A DNA stretch of 64,000 nucleotides from Paraspadella gotoi (lineage: Eukaryota; Animalia; Chaetognatha). Below are positions 12,885 to 24,980 of the stretch, in pieces; position 1 is the stretch's first letter; each line of letters starts with the position of its first letter. Below the pieces are notes generated by a model. That model was not told where the DNA came from. It saw nothing but the letters and a program-made list of their open reading frames with translations, and ran no database searches. Position numbers and translations under genes: made by a program. Location: the NCBI GenBank assembly GCA_051294375.1, contig CM119265.1, forward strand, positions 29,288,540 to 29,352,539, read 5' to 3'.

Positions 12885-13355
12885 TGTAAGGCGTCCCTAT
12901 GCTAGAAGCCTGTTATTCAGAGGTGTACAGTGGCGATCAGAGAAGTGCCATTGTGATCCTTCTGATGTTACTCGGTGGTGTCTGGCGCTAGAAAGCTCCT
13001 GTGAATCTCTCGAGAGGTTTCGTAAGGGCTTTTAAGTTGAGCTGCTTGTGCTGTTTCTATTTTTATCCATTGTGGGCGCTATTTTGTTATAAAGTTCATT
13101 AAAATTAGTATATTCGATTGTTTATTAAAACTCCTTATGTTAACAAGAATTCTAAATCTTAAGTAAATCTTGTATATATATTGGTTACTGTTTTTTAGTA
13201 GGGTTGAGCCTGATAGTGTCTGTTAGCAGTTAGGTGTCTCTTACATATTCTTTCACTGTTATCAGAACTGTGGGGATTCGGCTACTTGATTTTCATAAAA
13301 TAAAATAAATGGTTTACTATAGTCTGGAAAAACTTCCGGGCTAGAAGCCTTACCA
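12885..13355 (+). mobile_element. Candidate solo LTR nested in the hAT element
   Basis: About 470 bp with termini TGTAAGGC ... GCCTTAC(C)A, an AATAAA cluster near 13300, GCTAGAAGCCT near both ends, and flanks gttt/attt as a possible 4-bp TSD with one mismatch. Confidence 0.5.
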
Positions 13356-14540
13356 ATTTGTGAACCGTTTAACATTAAATAATTATGCTTATTCATTAAT
13401 ATTTCATATATTATATATTATTATTGTCACAGTAAAATAAGTATATATTAATTCGCTTTTTTCTCCATTCAGTGACGTTGTTTTGAAGCAGCATTACCTG
13501 AGCGGCCACTCATGTCTCGTTTGCATTTTTTGTTTCGTAATAGAGAACCATTCACTAAAAAAGGCTTAAATAAAATATCATAAATATTTATAATTTAACA
13601 TTCAGACATAGAAAATAATAAATAATTTTGTATTTTTAGCTGTAATACAGTAAAACATCAATCAAATTCAAATATCTTTTTGTCAGATTTTTTGTCAATT
13701 TTTTTCGGCATCTCAGCTTCGTTGTCGTATTTTAAACTCGATAGGACGGGAAAACTGGGGCCAGGAAGATTGCGTTCTTATTTATACTTCTGTGGGTCAT
13801 AACACTACAGCTTAAATTCAAGAATTATAGGGGCACGAACGAAAGGGAATTTGAAATTTGTATTTATACTCCCGCTTTATTATAGGTTATCCAGCTCTTG
13901 AATGATTGACCGCTTTTCTTAAAACTTACACATATGGATTCCTCTTTCAAAAATACACTTTTCCCATTTATATTTTTTTAATATCTGAATACAATGCCTG
14001 TCAATAAATCCTAAAGAGTCTCGTGGGTTTTTTCACAGATCTTCAAAACATGTTTTTAACATTTTGTTTTTGTTGATGAATAGATCGATTTTCTTCAAAC
14101 TGAGCCGTCTGAATTCGTCTTTCAATAAGAGTTTAACGGTTTACCGTACAAAAAAAAATGAATACAATTAAAACTGGGTTCTTACAAGTTCTTACTACGT
14201 AACTGGAAAGATAAATTGTTTATTAATTGTATGCATAATTTTTTTTTGGTTTTACCAATTTCATGAAAAGTTATGAGTTAAAGCTAAGAAAATAATGGCA
14301 AAAAAATTTGAATGCAAAATAAAAGAAGCGAGAGAAATTGGAGAAAGAAAGAAAACTGCTCAAGATGCAACTTCGGTTTTATGTTCGCCAGAAATTTTTT
14401 GGCGGAGAGAACAGATAAGTTGAGGTGAGAAGATGGGATCCCCTCTCTCTCTCCTCTCGTCTCTCCTGGTCTCTCTCTCTCTCCTCTCTCTCTCTATTCT
14501 CTTCTCTCTCTTCTTCTCTCTCTCCTCTCTCTCTCTCCTC

Positions 14541-14575
<35 letters not shown>

Positions 14576-14638
14576 TCCCTCTCATCGGAAATTCTCAGCG
14601 GTCGGCAGTAAAGGCGCCAATCCCTTTTCTTGTTCCAA

Positions 14639-14669
<31 letters not shown>

Positions 14670-15004
14670 TCATCTTCTCTCTCTCGCCAAAATTGTCTCC
14701 AAGCCTCAATTTCTTTTCAGTTTTATATTCATTACTAAAAGCTAGTTAGACTTCTTCTCTCTATTTCCCTCATCTCTCCTCTCTCTCTCTCTCTCTTCTT
14801 CTCTCGTCTCCTCTCTCTCTCTCTATTTCATCATAGTTTTTGCTACCATGCTGACGACATGCTTTTAATAATGTCTACACATATGCCATCCCAATCCATT
14901 CCATTCGCGGCCACTTATGGTTCAGACCTGTTTTTGCGCTTTCAGCGTTTGACCTAATTTTCTCATGATCCACTTTTCTTATGAGTGAAAATCTTTGCGC
15001 AAAT

Positions 15005-15348
15005 GTTGCATAATCTGCTTGTAGCAGACTGCGACTCTATAATCCACTTTGTCCGTCCGTCGGTCCTCACCCAGAATCTTGTGGGTAAGTTACATCAAAT
15101 CATCATCATTATGCTAAAACATTGGTGTCCGCCCATCCGTCCGTCCGTCTTTTAGAAATGTTGCACGTGGGAGGAAAATTCTAAAAAGTGAGATCTAGCA
15201 AGAAATCAAGTTTCGTCCAAGTGGAAATAAGTAAATAGAAAAAAATAAAAATCATGTCTCCTTTTTGAATACTTTGACAGATGCGATTAAGGTTAAAAAA
15301 TAGTATAAACATTAATAATAAATGGTATTAAAATAAAAGAATTATAAA

Positions 15349-15425
<77 letters not shown>

Positions 15426-15465
15426 CGCTAAACGATCGTGTGCAGATCCGTGTTTGCTCAAACTA
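15005..15465 (+). mobile_element. HINE-like element (copy B of 2560-3056)
   Basis: Same 5' hairpin, GTCC repeats, (ATT)n tract and 3' gcagatccgtgtttgctcaaac. Confidence 0.55.
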
Positions 15466-16867
15466 GCGATTCGCTGCCAAAAAATATTTTCTAATATACA
15501 AACTAACAAATTGGAGATCAGAAAATTTTACAAGTTCAGAGAATTAATTAGAAATACTTTTATTTTCCGTCGGCGCTGCTAAATGTACATAACAACTAAA
15601 TTTATTTATAAATGTTTGGATTCATGCACCTCAAACTAACTGACTATTTAACAATAATAATTTATTGTTTATTTATTGTTTATTTATTGTTTCTTGTATA
15701 TTTATCCACTTAAGATACTTATTATTTTTTTTAAACATGTTTTTCTCATTCACCAAGTGACCAATTCAAGCGAGATGCTTTTTCTCTTCTTCATTTTTCT
15801 TCATCTTTTCATTTTCTGCTCTTCATTTTTCTTTTTATAATTCGGTCATCGAACCGTGAAACTTTTTTTCATTTTTTTTCCTTCTTTTCTTTTTCTTTCT
15901 TTCCTTATTTTCTTCACTTTTTTCTTTCCTTTTTTTCTTTTCTTTTTATTTCTTTCTTTTTTATTTCATTCTTTTCTTTTTTTCCCTTTTTTTTCCTTCT
16001 TTTCTTTTTTTTTCGTTTTTTTCCCTTTTTTCTTTCCTTTTTTTCTTTTCTTTTTCTTTCTTTCCTTTAATTCCTTATTTCCCTCCTTTAATGTATTTAT
16101 TTAATTTTACTCTTTCTTTTCTTTCTTTCTACTTTTAGTTACCTTTTTCTTTCCTTTCTCTTCCTTTCCTTTTCTTTTCTTTTCTTTTCTTTTCTTTTCT
16201 TTTCTTTTCTTTTCTTTTCTTTTCTTTTCTTCTCTTTTCTTTTCTTTTCTTTTCTTTTCTTTCCTTTCATTTCCTTTTTCTTCCCTTTACTTTTCCCTCT
16301 CCCTTTTCATTTTCACTGTCCCTTTTCGTTTCCCCTTTTCCCTTTTCCTTTTCCTTTTTTCCTTTTTCTCTCCATTTTCTTTTTTCACTTTTCCCTTTTC
16401 CCTCTCCCTTTCTCTTTTCCATTTTTCATTTTTATTTCCTTTTTCCCTTTTCACTTTTCCCTCTCCCTTTCCATTTTTTTTTCTTTTTCCCTTTTCACTT
16501 TTCCATTTTCCCTCTTTCTTCTTCCTCTTCCTTTCCTTTCCCCTTTTCTTTTTTTCCCTCTCCTTTTCCTTTTTCTCTTTTCTCTCTCCTTTTCCCCTTT
16601 GTCCTTTTTAATTCCCTTTTCTCTCCCCGTTTCCCTTTTTTCCTTTTTAATTCCCTTTTCCTTTTTTACTATTCAATTTTTCATTTTCTTTTTTTCTTTC
16701 CATTTTTCTTTTTCACTTTTCTCCTTTTCCCTTTTCTTATTTTCCCTTTTTCCTTTTTTTTTCCATTTTCCTCCGATCGTCCGAATCTTTGACGTCACAA
16801 AATTCGGCGCCAACTCGAGATCCATCAATCTTTTCCGCCGGAATGGAACGTCTTTTGGTGGCTCTCT

Positions 16868-16904
<37 letters not shown>

Positions 16905-17324
16905 ATCTCTTCTCTCTCTCTTTCTCTTAAAACGGCATCAGATTCCCATAATTTCACGGGGCGGCAGAGATGATTCCTGCTATATTCGCGCTTCGCTCGT
17001 TTCTTCCTTTTCATAGATCGACTTGGAAATTTAGGTCGATGTTCTTTTGTTTATTCATTTGGTGATTTTGATTTTAACTCGCTCACGAGATGTCGGGATG
17101 ATAGTTTGATCAGTCGTTTATTAATTAAAGTTCATAAAGTGTGTTTTTTCTCTCATCGCTAACTCTCATATATTGATAAATCAATTAAAAATCGATTGCT
17201 CGTAATAAACCTCAAATAACAATAATCTCTAAAATATCATATCTTTCTCATCTTTTGTTTTTTTAATATTTTCTCTTAGAGAATTGACAAAGTTTTTGTT
17301 TGCAACGAATTTTATTTATAGTTG

Positions 17325-17367
17325 AACAGACATGTTTCGACTTGTTTTACAAGTCTTCATCAGCGTT
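17325..17367 (-). ncRNA. Minimal type I hammerhead ribozyme, best-formed copy
   Basis: Minus strand reads AACG-CUGAUGA-A-GACUUGU-AAA-ACAAGUC-GAAA-CAUGUC-UGUU. Stem I is AACG/UGUU, stem II has 7 bp and helix III is palindromic. Predicted cleavage is between 17329 and 17328. Confidence 0.85.
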
Positions 17368-18035
17368 TTTCTCTTTACTTTTTTCATTTTTATTTTTCAT
17401 AACGATAATCTTATCTTTTCCTTTTCTTCTTTTCTTTTTCTTTTCTTTTTCTTTAATTTTCTTTTTCTTTAATTTTCTTTTTCTTTAATTTTCTTTTTCT
17501 TTAATTTTATTTTATTTTCTTTTTATTTTCTTTTTATTTTCTTTTTATTTTCTTTTTCTTTTTCTTTTCTTTTTCTTTTCTTTTTCTTTTCTTTTTCTTT
17601 TCTTTTTCTTTTCTTTTTCTTTTCTTTTTCTTTTCTTTTTCTTTTCTTTTTCTTTTCTTTGTTTCTTTTTCTTTTTTTTACTTTTCTTTTTCTTTTCTTT
17701 TTTTTTCTTTTCTCTTTTTTACTTTTCCTTTTTTTTCTTTTTCTTTTCTTTTTTTCTTTTTCTTTTCGTTTTATTTTCTTTTTCTTTTAGTTTTCTTCTC
17801 TTCTCTTTTTAATTTTCCAGCGAATTAAATATATGCGTCCATTTCCTCTTTTTCTTCTTCATATATTTTTCTTAACTCCTTCCTTTCCTCTCTTTATTAT
17901 CTACTCTTTTACACCCCGATTTCCATGCCCCCTTCTACACCCCTTTCTTATTTCCCTTCCTCCTCGATTTTCTCTCGTGAGAATTGAATCTGTTTCAACC
18001 TTTGACCTAAATACGAGGACGACGACGACAACGAC

Positions 18036-18067
<32 letters not shown>

Positions 18068-18596
18068 CGATAACATTTTTGGCAAAACCTTTTATTTTCT
18101 GGTCTCTTGATTTTCGTGAGAAGGTTCACTGGTCAATCCTTCTTTTTCTCATTCTGAAATCATCATCACATTTCTTTGTTATCATCACATCTATTCTCTG
18201 AACACTTTTCCCTTTTTCCTTGTCCCTTTTTTCTTGTCCCTTTTTCCTTGTCCCTTTTTTCTTGTCGCCTTTTTCTTGTCTCTTTTCCCATGCGCCGAAA
18301 GGGTCATGCATCGGAGTCGTGCCCTGATTCATGCCATGCCATGCTATGTCATAAGGGGGATATTTCCTTCGCTTCATTTCTTCTTTATTTTCTTCGATTT
18401 TCTTTTCTGGTTTTTTTTTTTGCTTTCACCATGAATTTCGTTGTCGTTGTCATTGTTGTCGTCGTCGTCATTGTTGTCGTTGTCGTTGTTGTCGTCGTTG
18501 TCATTGTTGTCGTTGTCGTCATCGTCGTCATCATCGTGGGACTTCTTGTCCAGCATCCGGTTGCTATGATTTTTTCCCTTTCATAAACAATTGAAT

Positions 18597-18636
<40 letters not shown>

Positions 18637-19247
18637 ATCTCTCAATCTCTCTCTCATCCTCTCATCTCTTACCTGACGCTAACGCGCAACGTCTAGGGTC
18701 AGTCAAATGCTTAACCCTTACTCATATTTCACTATCGCTTGATTCTCATGAAAATGGATTTGAAATCCCGAGTCTGAATTGGAAAGAGAAACCAACCGAA
18801 CCACAGCCTGCTCATGACTCTGCTCTCTCTCTCCTCGTCATTCCGAGGGTTCTCACCTCTCACGGTCTCCTCATCTCCCGATCTTCTCTCTCCTCATCAT
18901 CTCTATCGTCTCACATCTCTTCTCTATTCTCTCTCTCTTCCTCTTTCTCTCTCACGGAGGTGTGGAGCTAAAGGAAAAAATTGAGAAATAGGGATGTGCA
19001 AAATGCCCAACTGTGGATCCTCCAAAGCCTGAGCTTTTTTTCGAAATATGGAGAACACAAGTGTGTCCATTACTCATTCATTTATTCACTCTCTCTTCCC
19101 CCGACACGTCAGTATTCTCTACCTCTCTCTCTCCGTTCTCCTCTATCTCTCGTCTCTCCATCACTCTCCTCTCTCTCCTCGCTCCTCCCACTCTCGCTCC
19201 TTCTCCTCTCTCTCCCAGCTCTCTTTCTCTTTGTCTCTCGTCTCTAT

Positions 19248-19283
<36 letters not shown>

Positions 19284-19286
19284 CAG

Positions 19287-19353
19287 AGCGTCATGGGATA
19301 ATGGACCGTCTTTTGTTTCAGAGAGTGCCGCATCGAGTCTCCTCACATCCGGG
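19287..19353 (+). CDS. Possible upstream exon of the Ig gene (weak)
   Basis: ctccgcag acceptor and gtgagg donor. It reads ASWDNGPSFVSESAASSLLTSG and ends in phase 0, compatible with exon 24903, but lies in noisy sequence. Confidence 0.2.
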
Positions 19354-20063
19354 GTGAGGGGAGGAGCGCAGTAATCAAGACCCCAATTCTAATTGGCGCC
19401 GGTCTCAACAACCCAGGCCTTAACTCTACAGAGCTGATTGACTACATCAGCTTTTACACACAACAACAGATTGACTAAAGCTTTGACCTAAATACAGCTC
19501 TAGGACTCGTAAGTTTGAACTACAGCAGCTTCTCCTGACTAGAAGCAAACATAACTTAAGCTCTCACTAACAGTCTTAATACAGACCTAAAAGTAAAAAC
19601 CTATATCGCGCTCGCCACCCCCGTTTGACTACAGCGCTGAAGGTTTTTAAAAATTTAAAAAAGTTTTTAAATTGTCACANNNNNNNNNNNNNNNNNNNNN
19701 NNNNTTTCCTTACATTTTTTTCTTTTTTTTACCATTTATTTCCATATTTTTTTTTGTCCACCAATCAAACAGCAGCTGTTGCAAGCAACAATCATCATTT
19801 GTGCTTGGTCCATCATTCTATAAATCAAATTCGAACTTCTTTTTATCTCTCGCTCTCTGTCGTTCCACGCGCTCACCTCCAATCGGCCAGCGCACATCTT
19901 TCCATGCACGCCTTCTGACCAAGAAATGTTTATCCAGTCCGCAGAAAAAATAAGTTTTTGCCTTCTGCTGATTTGGGTTGGTTTCTCTCCTTACTCAATC
20001 TCTGTATTCCAGTAAACTCCTTTCTTTAAATTTATTTTTCACACTTTTTATTTTCAAAATGCT

Positions 20064-20420
20064 TTGAACAAGCAACCAACCCATGCATGTGGCCTCTGGT
20101 GTGACCAAGCGACCGACCCGCGTGGCCTCTGGTGTGACCAAGCAACCAACCCACATAGCCTCTGGTTTGACCAAGCAACCAACCCACGTAGCCTCTGGTT
20201 TGACCAAGAAACCAACCCACATGACCTCTGGTGTGACCAAGCGACCGACCCACATGGCCTCTGGTTTGACCAAGCAACCAACCCACGTGGCCTCTGGTTT
20301 GACCAAGCAACAAACCCACGTGGCCTCTGGTGTGACCAAGCGACCGACCCACGTGGCCTCTGGTTTGACCAAGCAACCAACCCACGTGGCCTCTGGTTTG
20401 ACCAAGCGACCGACCCACGT
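20064..20420. repeat. 33-bp minisatellite, about 10 units
   Basis: Unit CCCACGTGGCCTCTGGTTTGACCAAGCAACCAA, which generates the (THVASGLTKQP)n ORF. Confidence 0.95.
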
Positions 20421-22257
20421 CTGCCCCAAAAAGGATGACCTCACTGATATTCTGGGTCTGGAGAAATTTGGAAGGAAAAAGAGGAAAAGGGGAGAGAGAA
20501 GTAAAGGAATCGTAGTCGGTCAATGTTATATTTTCACCCCGCCTTTATAGGCATTCACACTAAGATAGAAAATAGGGCATTGACACTAAGATAGAANNNN
20601 NNNNNNNNNNNNNNNNNNNNNNNNNNNNNNNNNNNNNNNNNNNNNNNNNNNNNNNNNNNNNNNNNNNNNNNNNNNNNNNNNNNNNNNNNNNNNNNNNNNN
20701 NNNNNNNNNNNNNNNNNNNNNNNNNNNNNNNNNNNNNNNNNNNNNNNNNNNNNNNNNNNNNNNNNNNNNNNNNNNNNNNNNNNNNNNNNNNNNNNNNNNN
20801 NNNNNNNNNNNNNNNNNNNNNNNNNNNNNNNNNNNNNNNNNNNNNNNNNNNNNNNNNNNNNNNNNNNNNNNNNNNNNNNNNNNNNNNNNNNNNNNNNNNN
20901 NNNNNNNNNNNNNNNNNNNNNNNNNNNNNNNNNNNNNNNNNNNNNNNNNNNNNNNNNNNNNNNNNNNNNNNNNNNNNNNNNNNNNNNNNNNNNNNNNNNN
21001 NNNNNNNNNNNNNNNNNNNNNNNNNNNNNNNNNNNNNNNNNNNNNNNNNNNNNNNNNNNNNNNNNNNNNNNNNNNNNNNNNNNNNNNNNNNNNNNNNNNN
21101 NNNNNNNNNNNNNNNNNNNNNNNNNNNNNNNNNNNNNNNNNNNNNNNNNNNNNNNNNNNNNNNNNNNNNNNNNNNNNNNNNNNNNNNNNNNNNNNNNNNN
21201 NNNNNNNNNNNNNNNNNNNNNNNNNNNNNNNNNNNNNNNNNNNNNNNNNNNNNNNNNNNNNNNNNNNNNNNNNNNNNNNNNNNNNNNNNNNNNNNNNNNN
21301 NNNNNNNNNNNNNNNNNNNNNNNNNNNNNNNNNNNNNNNNNNNNNNNNNNNNNNNNNNNNNNNNNNNNNNNNNNNNNNNNNNNNNNNNNNNNNNNNNNNN
21401 NNNNNNNNNNNNNNNNNNNNNNNNNNNNNNNNNNNNNNNNNNNNNNNNNNNNNNNNNAAAGCCACCTTGGCAGCTTTCGGCTGCTCCGTGGCTCCGGTAG
21501 CTGCTGTGGCCGAAGGCTACTGCTCTGACGCTGCCCAATAGACAACCTCAAATTCTGGGTCCGATTTTTGCCCAATGGACCTCAGTAGATTCATCTCTTC
21601 CTTTTTCTTTTCTCTTTTTCTTTCTCTTTCTTTCCTTTTTTTCTTTCTCTTTCTTTCCTATTTTTTTTCTCTTTCTCTCCTCTTTTTTTCTCTTCTTCTT
21701 TTTATTTCTTTTTCTTTCCTCTTCTTCTTTCTTTTTCCTTTTCTTTCCTGTTTTTTCTTTTCTTCTTTCTCTTTCTTTTTCTTTCTCTTCCTTTCCTTTT
21801 TTTCCTCTTCTTCTTTTTCTTACACCTTCTTCTTTCTCTTTCTTTTTCTTTCCTATTTTTTTCTTTCTCCTTCTTTCCTCTTTTTTTCTCTTCTTCTTTT
21901 TCTTTTTCTTTCCTGTTTTTCTTTCTCCTTCCTTCCTCTTTTTTCTCTTCTTCTTTCTCTTTCTTTTTCTTTCCTCTTTTTCTGCCTCTATTTTATTATT
22001 TTTCATTTTCTTTCTCTAATTTTTCTTTCTTCTTTGTCTCATCTATATCTCCTTATTTTAATTATTTTCTTTTTTTTCCTTCTGGTCATTCACTTTTCTA
22101 TTTTGAAATATATAAATTTGATATCTTGTTCCTCCTCCCTTCACGTCCTCCTCCTCCTCCTCCTCCTCTTCCTCCACGAACCTGGGGCAAATTCTGGGCA
22201 TTGAATGTCATCCAAGGTCAACGTCATCAGGGAAGTGGGAGGGACGGTGGACGTGAT

Positions 22258-22532
22258 ATTCCTCCCACACGGGATTTCTCCCCACGGGATTCCTCCCACA
22301 CGGGATTTCTCCCCACGGGATTCCCCCACATGGCATTCCCCCACGCGAAATTCCTCCCCACGGGATTCCTCCCACACGGGATTCATCACTAAAGAATTCC
22401 TTCCCTTTGGATTTCTTCCCACACGGTATTTCTCACACAAGGGATTCCTCCCACACAGGATTTCTCCCACTTGGGATTCCTCCCACACAGGATTCCTTCC
22501 TCACGGGATTTCTCCCATACCGGATTCCTCCA
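22258..22532. repeat. About 18-20-bp minisatellite
   Basis: Repeats of cacgggatt(c/t)ctccc(a/c)ca. Confidence 0.9.
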
Positions 22533-22599
22533 AGGGATAAGATATATTAGATAAAATTTTGTTATTATTCCTCCTTACAATAGAGCAAAAGCATTTTTT

Positions 22600-23080
22600 A
22601 TCATGGCTTGTGACCGTCGTCAAATGGCTTGTTATCTTCTTCCTATGGCTTGTGACCTTTGTCGAATGGATTATAACCTACTTCTATTGGCTTTTTACCT
22701 TTGACGAATGGCATGTGACCTTCTTCCAATGGCTTGTGACCTTCTAAAGGCATGTGACTTTCTTCAAATGGCTTGTGAACTTCTTCCAATGGCTTGGGAC
22801 TCTTCCAAAACGGCATGTGACCTTCTTCCAATAGCTTATGACTTTCCCACAATGGCATGTGACCTTTTTCCCATAGCTTGTCACCTTCTTCCAATGGCTT
22901 GTCACCTTCTCCCAATGCCACATGACCCTTTTCCAATGGCTTTTGACTTTCTTCCAATACCTTGTAACCTTCTGCCAATAGCACATGACCTTTTTCCAAT
23001 GGCTTGTGACCTTCTTCCAATGGCTGGTGACCTTCTCCCAATGGCACGTGACCTTTTTCCAATGGCGCGTGACCCAATGG
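22600..23080. repeat. 21-bp minisatellite, about 22 units
   Basis: Unit CCAATGGCTTGTGACCTTCTT, which gives the (MACDLLP)n and (KPLEEGH)n ORFs. Confidence 0.95.
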
Positions 23081-23736
23081 TGAACCACCGCCTTCATTTC
23101 TGGTCGAGAATCGAAAATTCGCCTCCGTTTGTTTCAGAGTTGATGAGGAGGAAAAAAAAAGAGAAAAAAAGGGAAAAAAAGGAAAATAAAAAGGAAAAGG
23201 CGGATAAAAAGTAAAAAATATTGATATGTATATAAAAAGTCAAAGAAAGGAAAAGAAAGAAAAAGAAAAGAAAAGAAAAAAAAGAAAAGAAAAGAAAAGA
23301 AAAGAAAAGAAAAGAAAAGAAAAGAAAAGAAAAGAAAAGAAAAGAAAAGAAAATAAAAAAAGAAAAATCAGAGAAAACAAAAAAGAAATTTTCTATTGAA
23401 AAGAAAATCCAGAAAATAATGACTTGGATCTGCCGGTGATGCGCGGGCAATGAGGGAAGGAAAGGAGGAAGAAGGGGGAAGAGAAGAGGAGGAGAAGGGT
23501 GGAGGAGGAGGAGGAGGAAGAGGAGATAGAAAAGAGGAGGATAAGGGGGGAGAAGGAAGAGAAGAGGAAGGAAAGGGGGGAGGAGGAGGAGAAAGAGGAG
23601 AAGGAATAAACTGGGAAACCATGACAATAAACCCCAGGAGCTTCCATGCTTCCATGTCCGAGGGAGAGGAAAAAAGAAAAAATCAATTTAAATTTTATAT
23701 CCTTCTAAAGTTTACAATTTTTCTTACTGATTTCAA

Positions 23737-23842
23737 TTGAGATTCCCTATTCACCAAGCTTGCATTTGAGATCCCCTATTCACCAAGCTATCGCATTTGA
23801 GATCCCCTATTCACCAAGCTTGCATTTGAGATTCCTTATTCC
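23737..23842. repeat. 29-bp tandem repeat, about 3.5 units
   Basis: ttgagatcccctattcaccaagcttgcat repeated. Confidence 0.9.
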
Positions 23843-23994
23843 CTAAACATACAATAAAGAACCTATTATTTTCGCCATGCTTGGAAATTGCATCAACAAT
23901 GGAGCATTTTATTGGTCTCTCTTGGTAAGAAACCATTGAATTGCAATCCCTACCCTCATCTAACTAAACTTATGGTTTATACGTATGTCTGTCT

Positions 23995-24054
<60 letters not shown>

Positions 24055-24517
24055 CCATTAGACTTTCCGATGTAGCCCTCATCCCCCGATCTCCTTAATC
24101 CTAGGATGACATTAAATGTGTTGCATTTTACGGCTTAAAAATGAAAAAAAAATGAAAAAAAATTGTGATGAATGAGTTTTTATTCCCTAAAGAAAAAAAT
24201 ACCTTTCATTCTCATTCAAAAGGAGTTTTCTTTCTTTTTTTTATCGCTCTCTCTCTGTCTTTGTCTCTCTCTTTCTACCAGCTTTTCTCTCTGGATTTCT
24301 TTTCCTTTTCTCTCTTTCTATCTTTTTCTATCTGTCTATTTCTCACTTTTCAGCCGTTTGTTTTTAACTTTTTCTCTCTTTCTCTCCTTTTTTTCTTTCT
24401 TTTTCTATCTTTCTCTCTCTATCTATCTTTTTCTAGCTTTCTCTCTCCATTCTCCTCTCCCTTTTCTGTTCTTTCCCATTAAAGATTATTAATACTCCCC
24501 TAGGCGCAATGAGGAGA

Positions 24518-24620
<103 letters not shown>

Positions 24621-24686
24621 CTTTCTCACGCTTTTCGTGAAGCAAAAGGGCAGCGAAGGGCGCTAGAGTCATCGTCTAGGCTTTCG

Positions 24687-24718
<32 letters not shown>

Positions 24719-24902
24719 TTAACTGGTAATTGAGCTTGCGATGTCAGAATTTTTATCCCGAGTTTGTCCGAAAAAGATTACTCCTAAATATAGTACATTT
24801 TATAGTAGAATTGTAGTACTCTTTTAGATACCAAAAACTTGATTTTTTCTAAATAAATTATTTATTAATTAATTACTTATTTATTTTTCTTTTACTCAAC
24901 AG

Positions 24903-24980
24903 ACGATCGATTCGACAAAATATCGTTTCGAAAAAAGTGGAGATTCTTACGCGATGACGATTTACAGAGTCCATCTGTCG
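24903..24980 (+). CDS. Exon of an Ig-superfamily protein (D-E strands of an Ig domain)
   Basis: ttttactcaacag acceptor, gtgagt donor, phase 0-0. TIDSTKYRFEKSGDSYAMTIYRVHLS joins DSDVYKC of the next exon to form the canonical Ig L.I..V...D...Y.C pattern. Confidence 0.8.

Larger units (their letters stand above)
9929..13879 (+). mobile_element. hAT-superfamily DNA transposon (divergent, possibly hATm-like), 3951 bp
   Basis: Boundaries defined by comparison with the empty copy. TIRs are TAGCGCGCGAGTATAAATACA (9929-49) and the reverse complement of 13859-79, TAAAGCGGGAGTATAAATACA (18/21). Left flank TTATATAG and right flank TTATAG fit an imperfect 8-bp TSD. Transposase motifs lie inside. Confidence 0.85.
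8526..18128 (+). repeat. Copy B of the duplicated block (carries the hAT insertion)
   Basis: agaatttccctcc at 8526 matches the window start, and gtgagaaggttca at about 18116-18128 matches 6352-6363. A 3.95-kb insert lies at 9929-13879. Confidence 0.95.

Noticed and set aside
20555-21575. 300-aa ORFs made of X (also at 30225, 36931, 47219 and others)
   Set aside because: They simply run through N gaps.
20064-23080. Regular repeat arrays as possible CRISPR arrays
   Set aside because: Units are head-to-tail with no unique spacers, there are no cas genes, and the context is eukaryotic.
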